NCBI GenBank assembly: GCA_035539855.1
Contig: DATLHO010000017.1
Location: 13,291-77,290 of the forward strand
Direction: 5' to 3'
Length of the DNA: 64,000 bases
From: Candidatus Kapaibacterium sp.
GTDB taxonomy: Bacteria > Bacteroidota > Ignavibacteria > OLB7
In this document: positions 36,769 through 45,989 of the stretch, piece after piece
How positions within the stretch are numbered: the stretch's first letter is position 1
Layout: each line of letters opens with the position of its first letter
Translations under genes and position numbers: made by a program
Notes under the pieces: generated by a model
The model's input: only the letters and a program-made list of their open reading frames with translations
Databases searched by the model: none
Told to the model about the DNA's origin: nothing

Positions 36769-37850
36769 TGGTGGCCGCACCTCGACTGCTGTTCGTCGCC
36801 GGAGGCACCGGCGGGCACCTGTTCCCGGCGATGGCGGTCGCCGATCGCTGTCGCGATCTGGCTCCCGACGCGACGATCGAGTTCATTGGCACACGCGGGA
36901 AGATCGAGGAGAGGATCGTACCTCGCGCCGGCTACCCGTTGAATCTGCTGTGGATCAGCGGGCTGTCGAAGAAGCTGTCGTTCGGAACGCTGATGCTGCC
37001 GGCGAAGATCGCCTCGTCGATCTGGCAGGCCAATCGCATCATCTCCCGGCTCCGGCCGCACGCGGTCGTCTGCGCCGGCGCGTACGTCAGCTACCCGGTC
37101 GGCATCGCCGCATCGATGCGCCGCGTGCCGCTGGTGCTGATGGAGTCGAACGCGTATCCCGGACTCGTCACGCGCAAGCTCGCGCCGCGCGCCAGCGAGA
37201 TCCACGTCGCGTTCGAATCGACGCGGGGATTGCTCCGCAGCGACCGGGTCATCGTCAGCGGCAACCCGGTGCGCAAGGTCTTCGCCGAACGGTTCGACCA
37301 GGCCGAGGCGCGGCGACACTTCGGACTCGACACGGATCGCCCGACGATCTTCGCCTTCGGCGGATCGCTCGGCGCCCGCTCGATCAACAACGCGCTCGAC
37401 GCGATCGCGCCGCAGTTGATCGCCGACGGAGTGCAGATCATCTGGCAGACCGGGACGACGTACGCGGGGGGTGAGCGCAGGGAGCCGGCGATGCATCGCT
37501 CGACCTTCATCCACGAGATGGAGCTCGGCTACGCCGCTGCCGATCTCGTCGTCGCCCGCGCGGGCGCGACGACCGCGGCGGAGCTCGCGGCGGTCGGCAA
37601 GGCGTCGATCCTCGTACCGCTGCCGATCGAGACGGTGCGCCAGCGAGAGAACGCCGAGGCGATGCGGGATGCCGGCGCCGCACGCATGGTGCTCGACGCC
37701 GCGCTCGAGACAGAGCTGCTGCCGGCGATCCGCGGTCTGCTTGCCGATCGAGACGCGCTTGCGCGCATGGGAGCGTCCGCACGACTGCTCGCGGTGCTCG
37801 ACGCCGACGAGAGAATTGCACGGAGCGTGCTGAAGTTCACGCAGAATTGA
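36768..37850 (+). CDS. murG: UDP-N-acetylglucosamine--N-acetylmuramyl-(pentapeptide) pyrophosphoryl-undecaprenol N-acetylglucosamine transferase
   Basis: AGGTGGHLFPA, FGGSLGA and RAGATTAAEL. Start re-set to ATG 36768, overlapping the ftsW stop by 1 nt. Confidence 0.9.
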   Translation: MVAAPRLLFVAGGTGGHLFPAMAVADRCRDLAPDATIEFIGTRGKIEERIVPRAGYPLNLLWISGLSKKLSFGTLMLPAKIASSIWQANRIISRLRPHAVVCAGAYVSYPVGIAASMRRVPLVLMESNAYPGLVTRKLAPRASEIHVAFESTRGLLRSDRVIVSGNPVRKVFAERFDQAEARRHFGLDTDRPTIFAFGGSLGARSINNALDAIAPQLIADGVQIIWQTGTTYAGGERREPAMHRSTFIHEMELGYAAADLVVARAGATTAAELAAVGKASILVPLPIETVRQRENAEAMRDAGAARMVLDAALETELLPAIRGLLADRDALARMGASARLLAVLDADERIARSVLKFTQN

Positions 37851-37857
37851 GCGGGAC

Positions 37858-38406
37858 ATGAAAGAAGAGCGCTTCCGACATCGCCTCGACATCTTCTACC
37901 TGGCCACGATCGGCTACGGTGTGACCCTGCTCGCCTACGCCGCGATCAAGGGCCTCTGGATCGACGGGCGATTCGAGGTGGTGTGGAAGGAGGATCCGAT
38001 CGTCTACCTGCTGGCGCTCTGTGCCGTGCTCTCGGCGATGGCGCTCGTGGTCTCGGCGATTCTCAACCGCAAGCTCATCGTGCGCGAGGACGAGCTGGTT
38101 CTGCGCACGCGATTCGCCGAGCGCGTGCTGCGCGCCGCCGATGTCGAGTGGATCGCGTTTCGATCCGAGCCGCGCGCCGCTGCGCGCGCCGGGCGTGCGT
38201 GGCCGGTCGCGCGACTGAAGCTCAAGGGCGAGCGGCGCCGTCGGAGGATCCGACCGGGAAGCTTCGAGCGCAGTGAGGAGCTCGTGCGCACGCTGCGCGA
38301 CTGGGCGCGCGCCAACAACGTCGAGCTGCTGATCCGACGCCGCGTCAAGGCTCAGGAGGCCGATGGCGCGGGACCGGCGATCGATCCGCAGAGCTCCGAC
38401 CGATAA
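37858..38406 (+). CDS. Hypothetical two-TM membrane protein inserted between murG and murC
   Basis: Two N-terminal hydrophobic helices, then a ~90-aa soluble part (LIVREDELVLRT...VEWIAF) and a basic tail. A bacterial PH-like fold is suspected by eye only. Confidence 0.55.
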   Translation: MKEERFRHRLDIFYLATIGYGVTLLAYAAIKGLWIDGRFEVVWKEDPIVYLLALCAVLSAMALVVSAILNRKLIVREDELVLRTRFAERVLRAADVEWIAFRSEPRAAARAGRAWPVARLKLKGERRRRRIRPGSFERSEELVRTLRDWARANNVELLIRRRVKAQEADGAGPAIDPQSSDR

Positions 38407-38430
38407 TCAAGGGTAATCACCGAGCGCTGA

Positions 38431-39861
38431 ATGCGCCTCGCTACGGACCATATGTTTACGACCATTCAGAACGTTCACTTCGTCGGCATCGGCGGCATCG
38501 GTATGTCCGGCCTCGCCGAGATCCTGCTGGACCAGGGATTCCGCGTCAGCGGAAGCGACCTGGCCCTCAGCGACGTGACCGAGCGTCTCGCCTCCCTCGG
38601 CGCGCACGTCGTCGAGGGGCACGCGGCCGAGAACGTCGTCGGTGCGGACGTCGTGGTCTACTCGAGCGCGGTGGCGCCGGAGGAGAATCCCGAGACCGCG
38701 GCGGCGCTGCGCCGGAAGATCCCGGTCATCCGCCGCGCCGAGATGCTCGCCGAGGTCACGCGGATGAAGTACGGCATCGCCGTCGCCGGCACGCACGGCA
38801 AGACGACGACGACGTCGATGATCGGCCTCGTGCTCATCGAGGGCGGCGTCGATCCGACGGTCATCGTCGGCGGCCGCCTCTCGGGACTCGGCGGCTCCAA
38901 CGCGCGCCTCGGGCGCGGCGAGTGGACCGTCGTCGAGGCCGACGAGTTCGATCGATCCTTCCTCTCGCTCTCGCCGACGGTCGCGGTCATTACGAACCTC
39001 GAGCGCGAGCACCTCGACATCTACTCCGATCTCGACGACCTCAAGCGGTCGTTCATCGAATTCGCGAACAAGGTTCCCTTCTACGGATTCGTCGCGCTCT
39101 GCCTCGACGAGCCGTCGCTGATGGACATTCTCCCGCAGGTCAAGAAGCGCGTCGTCAGCTACGGCACCACGCCGCAGTGCGACGTACGCGCGGTCGATCC
39201 GGTGTTCACCGAGCGGCACTCGCGCTTCACCGTCATGCGCAAGGGAGAGACGCTCGGCGAGATCACCGTCCCGGTGCCGGGCGAGCACAACATGAAGAAC
39301 GCGCTCGCGGCGGTTGCTGTGGGACTGGAGACCGGTGTGAGCTTCGAGTCGATCGCGCGCGCTCTCGCGCAGTTCACCGGCGTCTATCGCCGCTTCGAGA
39401 TCAAGGGCGAGGCAAACGGCGTGATGGTCATCGACGACTACGCGCATCATCCTACCGAAGTGCGCGCGACGCTCAAGGCACTGCGCAACGGCTGGCGCCG
39501 GCGCGTCGTCGCGATCTTCCAGCCGCATACGTACTCGCGCACGCGTGACTTCTACGAGGAGTTCGGCAAGGCGTTCGTCAACGCCGACGTGGCGATCATC
39601 ACCGACGTCTACGCCGCGCGCGAGCGGCCGATCCAGGGGATCGACGGCGAGCTGATCGTCCACAGCGCCGCGGCGTACGGCCATCGCAGCGTCTGCTACG
39701 TCCCGGACCGCGCCGACGTCGCCGCCCGTGCGCTCGAGCTCATCGAGCCGGGCGACATGGTGATCACCATGGGCGCGGGCGACATCTGGAAGTCCGCCGA
39801 CGAGATCCTCGAAGCGCTGACGGTGCGTGAGGGCGCGGCCGAGGAGGCGCGCGCCTCGTAG
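38431..39861 (+). CDS. murC: UDP-N-acetylmuramate--L-alanine ligase
   Basis: HFVGIGGIGMSGLA, AGTHGKTTTTS and DDYAHHPTE. Confidence 0.95.
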   Translation: MRLATDHMFTTIQNVHFVGIGGIGMSGLAEILLDQGFRVSGSDLALSDVTERLASLGAHVVEGHAAENVVGADVVVYSSAVAPEENPETAAALRRKIPVIRRAEMLAEVTRMKYGIAVAGTHGKTTTTSMIGLVLIEGGVDPTVIVGGRLSGLGGSNARLGRGEWTVVEADEFDRSFLSLSPTVAVITNLEREHLDIYSDLDDLKRSFIEFANKVPFYGFVALCLDEPSLMDILPQVKKRVVSYGTTPQCDVRAVDPVFTERHSRFTVMRKGETLGEITVPVPGEHNMKNALAAVAVGLETGVSFESIARALAQFTGVYRRFEIKGEANGVMVIDDYAHHPTEVRATLKALRNGWRRRVVAIFQPHTYSRTRDFYEEFGKAFVNADVAIITDVYAARERPIQGIDGELIVHSAAAYGHRSVCYVPDRADVAARALELIEPGDMVITMGAGDIWKSADEILEALTVREGAAEEARAS

Positions 39862-39903
39862 GGCGCGTCGCCACGGAGCGCACCGAAGCGCGCGCATCAG
39901 AGT

Positions 39904-40986
39904 GTGCACGATAGCGCGCGCATCGCAAAGCGCACAGCGGCGCTCACATCAGAGCGCGCAGAAGTGCGCACGTGGCGCGGCAGCAGAGATTCGAAACCCA
40001 GATTCGCACGACGCTCCGTGATCAACCTCGACGACATTCGCCGGAGCTTCAGCGGGCGCATCGCGATCAGCGAGCCTCTCGAGCGCTACACGACGTTCCG
40101 CATCGGCGGACCGGCCGACATCTATCTGGAACCGAGCGACAAGCACGATGCGGTGGCGCTCATCGCTCACCTACGTCGCGAGAACGTCCCGTTCTTTCTC
40201 ATGGGCAACGGCAGCAATCTCCTCGTCGCCGACGAAGGGATCCGCGGCGCGGTCGTCAACCTCGAGCACGGGTTCAACTACGTGAGCGCCGACGACGACG
40301 GAGTGATCACCGCCGGAGCGGGGATCAGGCTCGCGAAGTTCGTCGACTTCTGCATCGGCCGCGGCTGTCGCGGCGCCGAGATGCTCGCGGGCATTCCCGG
40401 CACGCTCGGCGGCGGCATCATCATGAACGCCGGCGCCTACGGCGGAGAGATCTCCGATCACCTGCTGGCCGTCGAGGTCATCCGCGGCGAGGAGCTCGTC
40501 CGGGTGTCGAAGGAAATGGGAGGCTTCGCCTACCGGACCTCGGGGCTCGCGCGCGACGTGGTGCTCGAAGCGTCGTTCCGCTTCCCGGAGGGCTCGCCAG
40601 AGGAGATGAAGACGATCCGTCGCGAGACGATGCTCAAGCGCAATCGATCGCAGCCGGTGCAGTTCCCGAACGCGGGGAGCATCTTCAAGAACCCTCCGGG
40701 TGACCATGCCGCGCGACTGATCGAGGCATGTGGACTCAAGGGGCGGCGTGTCGGCGGCGCCGAGATCAGCGAGCTGCACGCGAACTTCATCATCAACGTC
40801 GACGGCGCCAGCGCGCGCGACGTGCTCGCGCTGGCGGCGATCGCCCGCGGCGAGGTGGCGCGGCGCTTCGGCGTCGAGCTCGAGCTGGAGATCAAGCCGA
40901 TCGGCTTCGACGCCGACGACCTGGTGGCATTAACCAAGGAGCTGCCCGATGCGAGCGCGCAGGAAACTCGTCCGCAAGCCCCGTGA
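39904..40986 (+). CDS. murB: UDP-N-acetylenolpyruvoylglucosamine reductase
   Basis: YTTFRIGGPA, GNGSNLLV, GIPGTLGG and GSIFKNP. The true start may be the in-frame GTG at 40018. Confidence 0.85.
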   Translation: MHDSARIAKRTAALTSERAEVRTWRGSRDSKPRFARRSVINLDDIRRSFSGRIAISEPLERYTTFRIGGPADIYLEPSDKHDAVALIAHLRRENVPFFLMGNGSNLLVADEGIRGAVVNLEHGFNYVSADDDGVITAGAGIRLAKFVDFCIGRGCRGAEMLAGIPGTLGGGIIMNAGAYGGEISDHLLAVEVIRGEELVRVSKEMGGFAYRTSGLARDVVLEASFRFPEGSPEEMKTIRRETMLKRNRSQPVQFPNAGSIFKNPPGDHAARLIEACGLKGRRVGGAEISELHANFIINVDGASARDVLALAAIARGEVARRFGVELELEIKPIGFDADDLVALTKELPDASAQETRPQAP

Positions 40987-41767
40987 TCCGCAGGAGCGGC
41001 GCGAGGAGGCGCGGCGGTTCGCCTCGAAAGTCTCGAAGATCATCCTGGCGCTCGCCGCGGTGCTGACGCTGATCGTCGTTGCCAACCGTTGGGGAGCGCG
41101 CGAGACGCTCGAGCAGGTGCGGATCGTCGGGCGCGTCGTGCTCGACTCCTCCGAGATTATGGAGCGCGCGGGGATCGGGCCGCACGTGTCGCTGCGCAGT
41201 CTCGACCTGCGCCAGGTCGAGACGAGGATCGCCTCGCACCCGTTCCTTTCGCGCGTCGCGGTCTACCGTGACAGCCGCGGGACCCTCGTCGTCGAGGTGA
41301 CCGAGCGCACGCCGCTCGCGCTGGCGGTGCTCGGCGGCTCGCCGGTCTACCTCGACTCGCAGGCGGTGGCACTGCCGTACCGCTTCAGCCGCGCGACGCT
41401 CGACGTGCCGCTGGTGCGCGGCATCGAGCGGGTCGATACGAGCGAGGCGGGCTCGCGCAAGCCCTCGACGGTGCTCGATTCGGCGCTCGCGCTCGAGTCG
41501 CTCGGCGTCGTCCGCGCGCTGCGAGACTTCGACGAATCGCTCTACCGGCAGATCTCCGAGATCGTGCGCGGCCTCGACGGAGCCTACACGCTCGTCAGCG
41601 CCGACGGCGCCATCCCGATCCACGCCGGCACGGCCGCCGACATCCCGGCGCGCCTCCCGAAGCTCGACCTGTTCATGCGCACCGCACTCGCGGCGCGCCC
41701 CGGCGCCCGCCCCCGCTACGTCGACCTCCGATGGCGCGGCCAGGTGGTGGTGAAGTGGGAGGGATGA
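40949..41767 (+). CDS. ftsQ: Cell division protein FtsQ (POTRA domain)
   Basis: A basic N-terminus, a single TM helix and a POTRA-like segment (IVGRVVLDSSEI...LVVEVTERTPLA) at the expected dcw position. Confidence 0.8.
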   Translation: MRARRKLVRKPRDPQERREEARRFASKVSKIILALAAVLTLIVVANRWGARETLEQVRIVGRVVLDSSEIMERAGIGPHVSLRSLDLRQVETRIASHPFLSRVAVYRDSRGTLVVEVTERTPLALAVLGGSPVYLDSQAVALPYRFSRATLDVPLVRGIERVDTSEAGSRKPSTVLDSALALESLGVVRALRDFDESLYRQISEIVRGLDGAYTLVSADGAIPIHAGTAADIPARLPKLDLFMRTALAARPGARPRYVDLRWRGQVVVKWEG

Positions 41768-41802
41768 TCCCGAATACGAATGACCTCCGAAGCAACCCGC
41801 AT

Positions 41803-41846
41803 CGTGACATCTGACTTCTGACATCTGACATCTGACATCCGACCCC
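41803..41846 (+). repeat. Heptamer half-array (TGACATC-type units) abutting the ftsA start codon
   Basis: TGACATC TGACTTC TGACATC TGACATC TGACATC CGACCCC in register from 41805, ending 2 nt before the ATG at 41849. Confidence 0.8.
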
Positions 41847-41848
41847 CG

Positions 41849-43162
41849 ATGGCCAAGGCGCAACACACTCCCGCAGCAGTTCCCGACAACCGGCAGATCG
41901 TTGTCGGCCTCGATATCGGCACGAGCAAGGTCTGTGCGATCGTCGCGGAGCGGCACCAGGAATCTCCCGAGGAGATTCACGTGCTCGGCATCGGCCACGC
42001 TCCCTCCGACGGACTCAATCGCGGGGTCGTCGTGAACATCGAGAAGACGGTGCGCTCGATCGAGCGTGCGGTCGAGCAGGCGCAGCAGCAGTCGGGCGTG
42101 CAGGTGCGCTCGGTGTCGGTTGGTATCGCCGGCGATCACGTGCAATCGTTCCCCAGCCGCGGCGTCGTGACGATCTCAAATCCCGAGCGCGTCGTCCGCC
42201 AGCAGGACGTCGACCGGCTGATCGAGGACTCGCAGCGGGTGCTCATGCCGTCGGATCGGCGGATCCTCCACGTGATCCCGCAGGAGTACATCATCGACGG
42301 GCAGGATGGGATTTTCGATCCCGTCGGCATGTCGGGCATTCGCATGGAGGCGAATGTCCACATCATCACCGGGCTGGTGACCGCGGCGCAGAACATCTAC
42401 CGCTGCGTCGAGCGTGCCGGCCTGGTCGTCGAGGACATCGTGCTCGAGCCGCTGGCCAGCGCCAACGCGGTGCTCGACGAGGAGGAGAAGGAGATCGGCG
42501 TGGCGTTGATCGACATCGGCGGCGGCACGACCGACATCGCGGTCTACGAGGACAAGACGATCCGGCACACCTCGGTCGTCGGCATCGCCGGGCGCATGGT
42601 CACCGACGACATCCGTCGCGGACTCGGCGTCATCGGCGAGCAGGCCGAGCGCATCAAGCGCGAGTACGGCTACGCGCTCGCGTCGATGATCCTCAACGAC
42701 GAGGTCTTCATGATCCCCGGCATCGGCGGACGCAAGCCGATGGAGATCTCGAAGCTCATGCTCGCGCAGATCATCCAGCCCCGCATGGAGGAGATCCTGG
42801 AGTTCGCGCTGATGGAGCTGAAGAAATCAGGATATCTGCGCCAGCTCTCCGCCGGCGTCGTGCTCACCGGTGGCGGCGCGCTGTTGCGCGGCTCCGTCGA
42901 GCTCGCGCAGGAGGTACTGGGCATGCCGGTGAAGCTCGGCATTCCGTCCGGCTTCGGCGGCTCGGGCCTTGCGCCCGAGGTCGAGTCCCCCATCTACGCC
43001 ACGGCCGTCGGCCTGGTGATGCACGGGCTCGGCCGCGACGACACCATTGCACTGTCGATCGAGGACGATGCCAGCGTCCCCGGCGACGGCTCGACTCCGC
43101 GGGGCGACGGATCGCGCAGCTCGATCCTCTCGCGCATGCGGAAGTTCTTCGACGAATTCTAA
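41849..43162 (+). CDS. ftsA: Cell division protein FtsA
   Basis: Actin-like ATPase motifs (GLDIGTSKVCA, DIGGGTTD) at the expected dcw position. Confidence 0.95.
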   Translation: MAKAQHTPAAVPDNRQIVVGLDIGTSKVCAIVAERHQESPEEIHVLGIGHAPSDGLNRGVVVNIEKTVRSIERAVEQAQQQSGVQVRSVSVGIAGDHVQSFPSRGVVTISNPERVVRQQDVDRLIEDSQRVLMPSDRRILHVIPQEYIIDGQDGIFDPVGMSGIRMEANVHIITGLVTAAQNIYRCVERAGLVVEDIVLEPLASANAVLDEEEKEIGVALIDIGGGTTDIAVYEDKTIRHTSVVGIAGRMVTDDIRRGLGVIGEQAERIKREYGYALASMILNDEVFMIPGIGGRKPMEISKLMLAQIIQPRMEEILEFALMELKKSGYLRQLSAGVVLTGGGALLRGSVELAQEVLGMPVKLGIPSGFGGSGLAPEVESPIYATAVGLVMHGLGRDDTIALSIEDDASVPGDGSTPRGDGSRSSILSRMRKFFDEF

Positions 43163-43228
43163 GCAGCGAACGAATCATACAAACCTACATTCGGGCCATT
43201 TCAACCCGCTAGTCAAGGGAGGACCTCT

Positions 43229-44554
43229 ATGATCGAACTCGATCGATCCGTTGAGCACCACGGCGCCAAGATCAAGATCGTTGGTGTTGGTGGCGGTGGT
43301 GGCAACGCGGTCAACAGCATGATCGAGCGTGGCCTCGAGGGTTGCGAATTCATCGCGGTGAATACCGACATGCAGGCGCTGACGAACAACCTCTCGTCCG
43401 TCAAGTGCCATGTCGGCAAGCAGCTCACACGCGGACTTGGCGCCGGCGCCAATCCTGAAGTCGGAAGCAATGCGGTCGAGGAGGATCGCGAGGAGATCAC
43501 GCAGGTTCTCTCCGGCGCCGACATGGTCTTCGTCACCGCGGGCATGGGTGGCGGAACCGGTACCGGCGGTGCTCCGGTCGTCGCCGAGATCGCCCGTTCG
43601 CAGGGCGCGCTCGTCGTCGGCATCGTCACGCGTCCGTTCGACTGGGAGGGGCAGCGGCGCAAGGCCCAGGCCGAGCTCGGCATCGCCGAGCTCAAGAAGC
43701 ACGTCGATACGCTCATCGTCGTTCCAAACCAGAAGCTCCTGTCGATCATCGACAAGCGCACCGGGTTCAAGGAGGCCTTCCACAAGGTCGACGACGTACT
43801 CTACAACGCGACGCGCGGCATCGCGCAGATCATCACCGGCCACGGCATCGTCAACGTCGACTTCGCCGACGTGCGCACGGTGATGGCCGACATGGGCGAC
43901 GCGCTGATGGGCACGGGCATGGCCGCCGGCGAGTACCGCGCGACCGAGGCCGCACAGAACGCGATCAGCTCGCCGCTGCTCGAGGGCATCTCGATCACCG
44001 GCTCGCAGGGCGTGCTCATCAACATCACGGCCTCGAGCGAGCTGACGATGATGGAGGTCGACGAGTCGGTCAAGATCGTCCACGAGGCGGTCGGGGCCGA
44101 GGCGAACATCATCTTCGGCGTCGTGCTCGACGATGATCTCGGCGACAACATGATGGTGACCGTCATCGCGACCGGCTTCAACCGTGCTCGCGAGAACCGC
44201 CCGGCGACCCAGCAGCAGGTGGCCCTGCACGCGCAGGCACAACAGCAGCCCGCGACGCAGCAGCCGGCCGTGCCCGCGCAGCAGCCGGCCCGCCAGGTCC
44301 GGATGGATTCGACCCCCGACCAGGCCAACGTGCCGATCGGACAGCGCGACCTCGAGCGCTACAACGAGCCGGCGTACATGCGCCGCGGCACCGGCATCAA
44401 CCGCGGCGGATACGACATCCGCAAGCGGGAGGAGGCCGCACCGAAGGCCGAGGAGAAGCCGGCCGAGCAGTCGAAGCAGGCCGAGGCACAGGAGCAGCCG
44501 AAGCGCCAGGCCGCGGCCGACAAGCCCGCGTTCCTGCGCCGGATCATGGACTGA
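43229..44554 (+). CDS. ftsZ: Cell division protein FtsZ
   Basis: GVGGGGGNAVN and the tubulin signature GGGTGTG. A Q/P-rich linker and the C-terminal peptide KPAFLRRIMD. Confidence 0.97.
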   Translation: MIELDRSVEHHGAKIKIVGVGGGGGNAVNSMIERGLEGCEFIAVNTDMQALTNNLSSVKCHVGKQLTRGLGAGANPEVGSNAVEEDREEITQVLSGADMVFVTAGMGGGTGTGGAPVVAEIARSQGALVVGIVTRPFDWEGQRRKAQAELGIAELKKHVDTLIVVPNQKLLSIIDKRTGFKEAFHKVDDVLYNATRGIAQIITGHGIVNVDFADVRTVMADMGDALMGTGMAAGEYRATEAAQNAISSPLLEGISITGSQGVLINITASSELTMMEVDESVKIVHEAVGAEANIIFGVVLDDDLGDNMMVTVIATGFNRARENRPATQQQVALHAQAQQQPATQQPAVPAQQPARQVRMDSTPDQANVPIGQRDLERYNEPAYMRRGTGINRGGYDIRKREEAAPKAEEKPAEQSKQAEAQEQPKRQAAADKPAFLRRIMD

Positions 44555-44634
44555 TCGAACGGCCGCCCATGAGCCGTTGATCCCCCATGCCTCCGACGGA
44601 CGTCATTCAGGAGCTGGACCAGCACGATTCTTGA

Positions 44635-44662
44635 GAGCCCTTTCCCCCGCGGGAAAGGGCTC
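44635..44662 (+). terminator. Stem-loop terminator after ftsZ
   Basis: Perfect 12-bp stem GAGCCCTTTCCC / GGGAAAGGGCTC with a CCGC loop, 80 nt after the ftsZ stop. Confidence 0.6.
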
Positions 44663-44735
44663 AAACTTTCCTCATGCGCCGAGCGTTTCATCGGCGCTGA
44701 CGAACCCGACCACGACCAACGAGGAACGACCAGGA

Positions 44736-45455
44736 GTGCTCGACGCCATCGTACCGACCAGAACCCTCGCCACGCTCGCAGCGCTCGTTGCGCTCGTCGC
44801 CGCCGGGTGCTCCGACGAGCCGACCGGACCCGATGCCGGCAGCTCGGGCACGCCGCGCACCGGCAGCACCTACACGATGCATCGCTTCGATGCGGATACC
44901 ACCGGCGCCCCGATCGCCGGCAGCGGCGACACCATCGTCACGACACTCGTCGCGACCGACGGGCGGTTCGGCGCGGAAACGGGTGTGCGCGTCTACACCC
45001 AGGGCTCCGACACCGTTGCCCTGTTGCGCGATGCCGGCAACGGCGACCTCCTGTACTATCCGGCATGGCAGGGGGCGGCGCTGGTCGGCTGGATCTCGCT
45101 TCCGATCACGACCAGGAGCCCTACCGAGCGCGTGCTGCGCGACACCACGATCGACCTCGGCGGCGGGCAGACCGGCCGCAGCCGTGTAACCCTCGAGGTC
45201 GCCTACGTGTCTACTCACCAGGTGACCGTCGGCGACAGAACCCTCGAGGCGCATGAGGTGCGCATCCGCATCGTTGGCGTGCACCCGCTGACCCCCGATC
45301 AGAATCTCACCGAGACATCGACGCATACCGTCCGATATGCGCCGGCGATCGGTTACTTTGTCCGCATCGAGACGGGCGAATCGCAGCAGAGCCCCTTCTC
45401 GACGATCACCGGACCCACCGCCGTCTCGGCGCTCACCCGGTTCGAGCTCAAGTAA
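44736..45455 (+). CDS. Hypothetical lipoprotein
   Basis: GTG start inside a read-through ORF. Signal peptide and lipobox (LAALVALVAAGCS). Confidence 0.55.
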   Translation: MLDAIVPTRTLATLAALVALVAAGCSDEPTGPDAGSSGTPRTGSTYTMHRFDADTTGAPIAGSGDTIVTTLVATDGRFGAETGVRVYTQGSDTVALLRDAGNGDLLYYPAWQGAALVGWISLPITTRSPTERVLRDTTIDLGGGQTGRSRVTLEVAYVSTHQVTVGDRTLEAHEVRIRIVGVHPLTPDQNLTETSTHTVRYAPAIGYFVRIETGESQQSPFSTITGPTAVSALTRFELK

Positions 45456-45476
45456 CTCCGACTCCTCTTCCCGCAC

Positions 45477-45887
45477 GTGCCTACATCCATCGTCCTCACG
45501 CTCCGCGCCGGCGCGCTCATTGCGCTGGCCGCCGTCATGCTTGGTGCCTGCAGCAAGGAAGCCGAACCCTCGCACCCGACGCCCGACGGCGAAGCGTCGT
45601 CCACGCCGGCCGCGCCGGAGGGACCCCGCCAGGATTTCGATCCGCGCACGACCGCCGACGTCAACGAGAAGGTCTACCGCGAGTACGCCTCCCTCGCCCT
45701 CGGCATTCCTCGCCGCGAGCAGGACAGCATCGTCAAGTCGACGCCGATCTCCGAGATCGAAGCGGCGATGACCGCGCGGCTGGGGCGTCAGGATTCGGTC
45801 GCGCGCGCGCAGCTCTCCGAAAAATATTCGATCCCGCTCGACTCCGTCGACGCCATCCTCGCGGCGAGGAACGTTCCGCAACGGTAG
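45477..45887 (+). CDS. Hypothetical lipoprotein
   Basis: Signal peptide and lipobox (LIALAAVMLGACS). 136 aa. Confidence 0.55.
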   Translation: MPTSIVLTLRAGALIALAAVMLGACSKEAEPSHPTPDGEASSTPAAPEGPRQDFDPRTTADVNEKVYREYASLALGIPRREQDSIVKSTPISEIEAAMTARLGRQDSVARAQLSEKYSIPLDSVDAILAARNVPQR

Positions 45888-45989
45888 TCCGCTTCTTCAC
45901 CCTCCGGTCAGTCGCGTGACACCACCGCGCGATCGCGTTTCGTTTCCTCCGAATCCTCCTACGCGTGCTACGCGCCCGTTCACTTCCCC

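Noticed and set aside
35868-37850. Extended N-termini of track ORFs (murG 35868, lipoprotein 44184, OYE 52154, lipoprotein 61689..63386, cyclophilin 50441, mraZ 25633, murF 31360)
   Set aside because: The extensions overlap upstream genes or lack homology. Internal starts that match the family N-termini or signal peptides were chosen instead.
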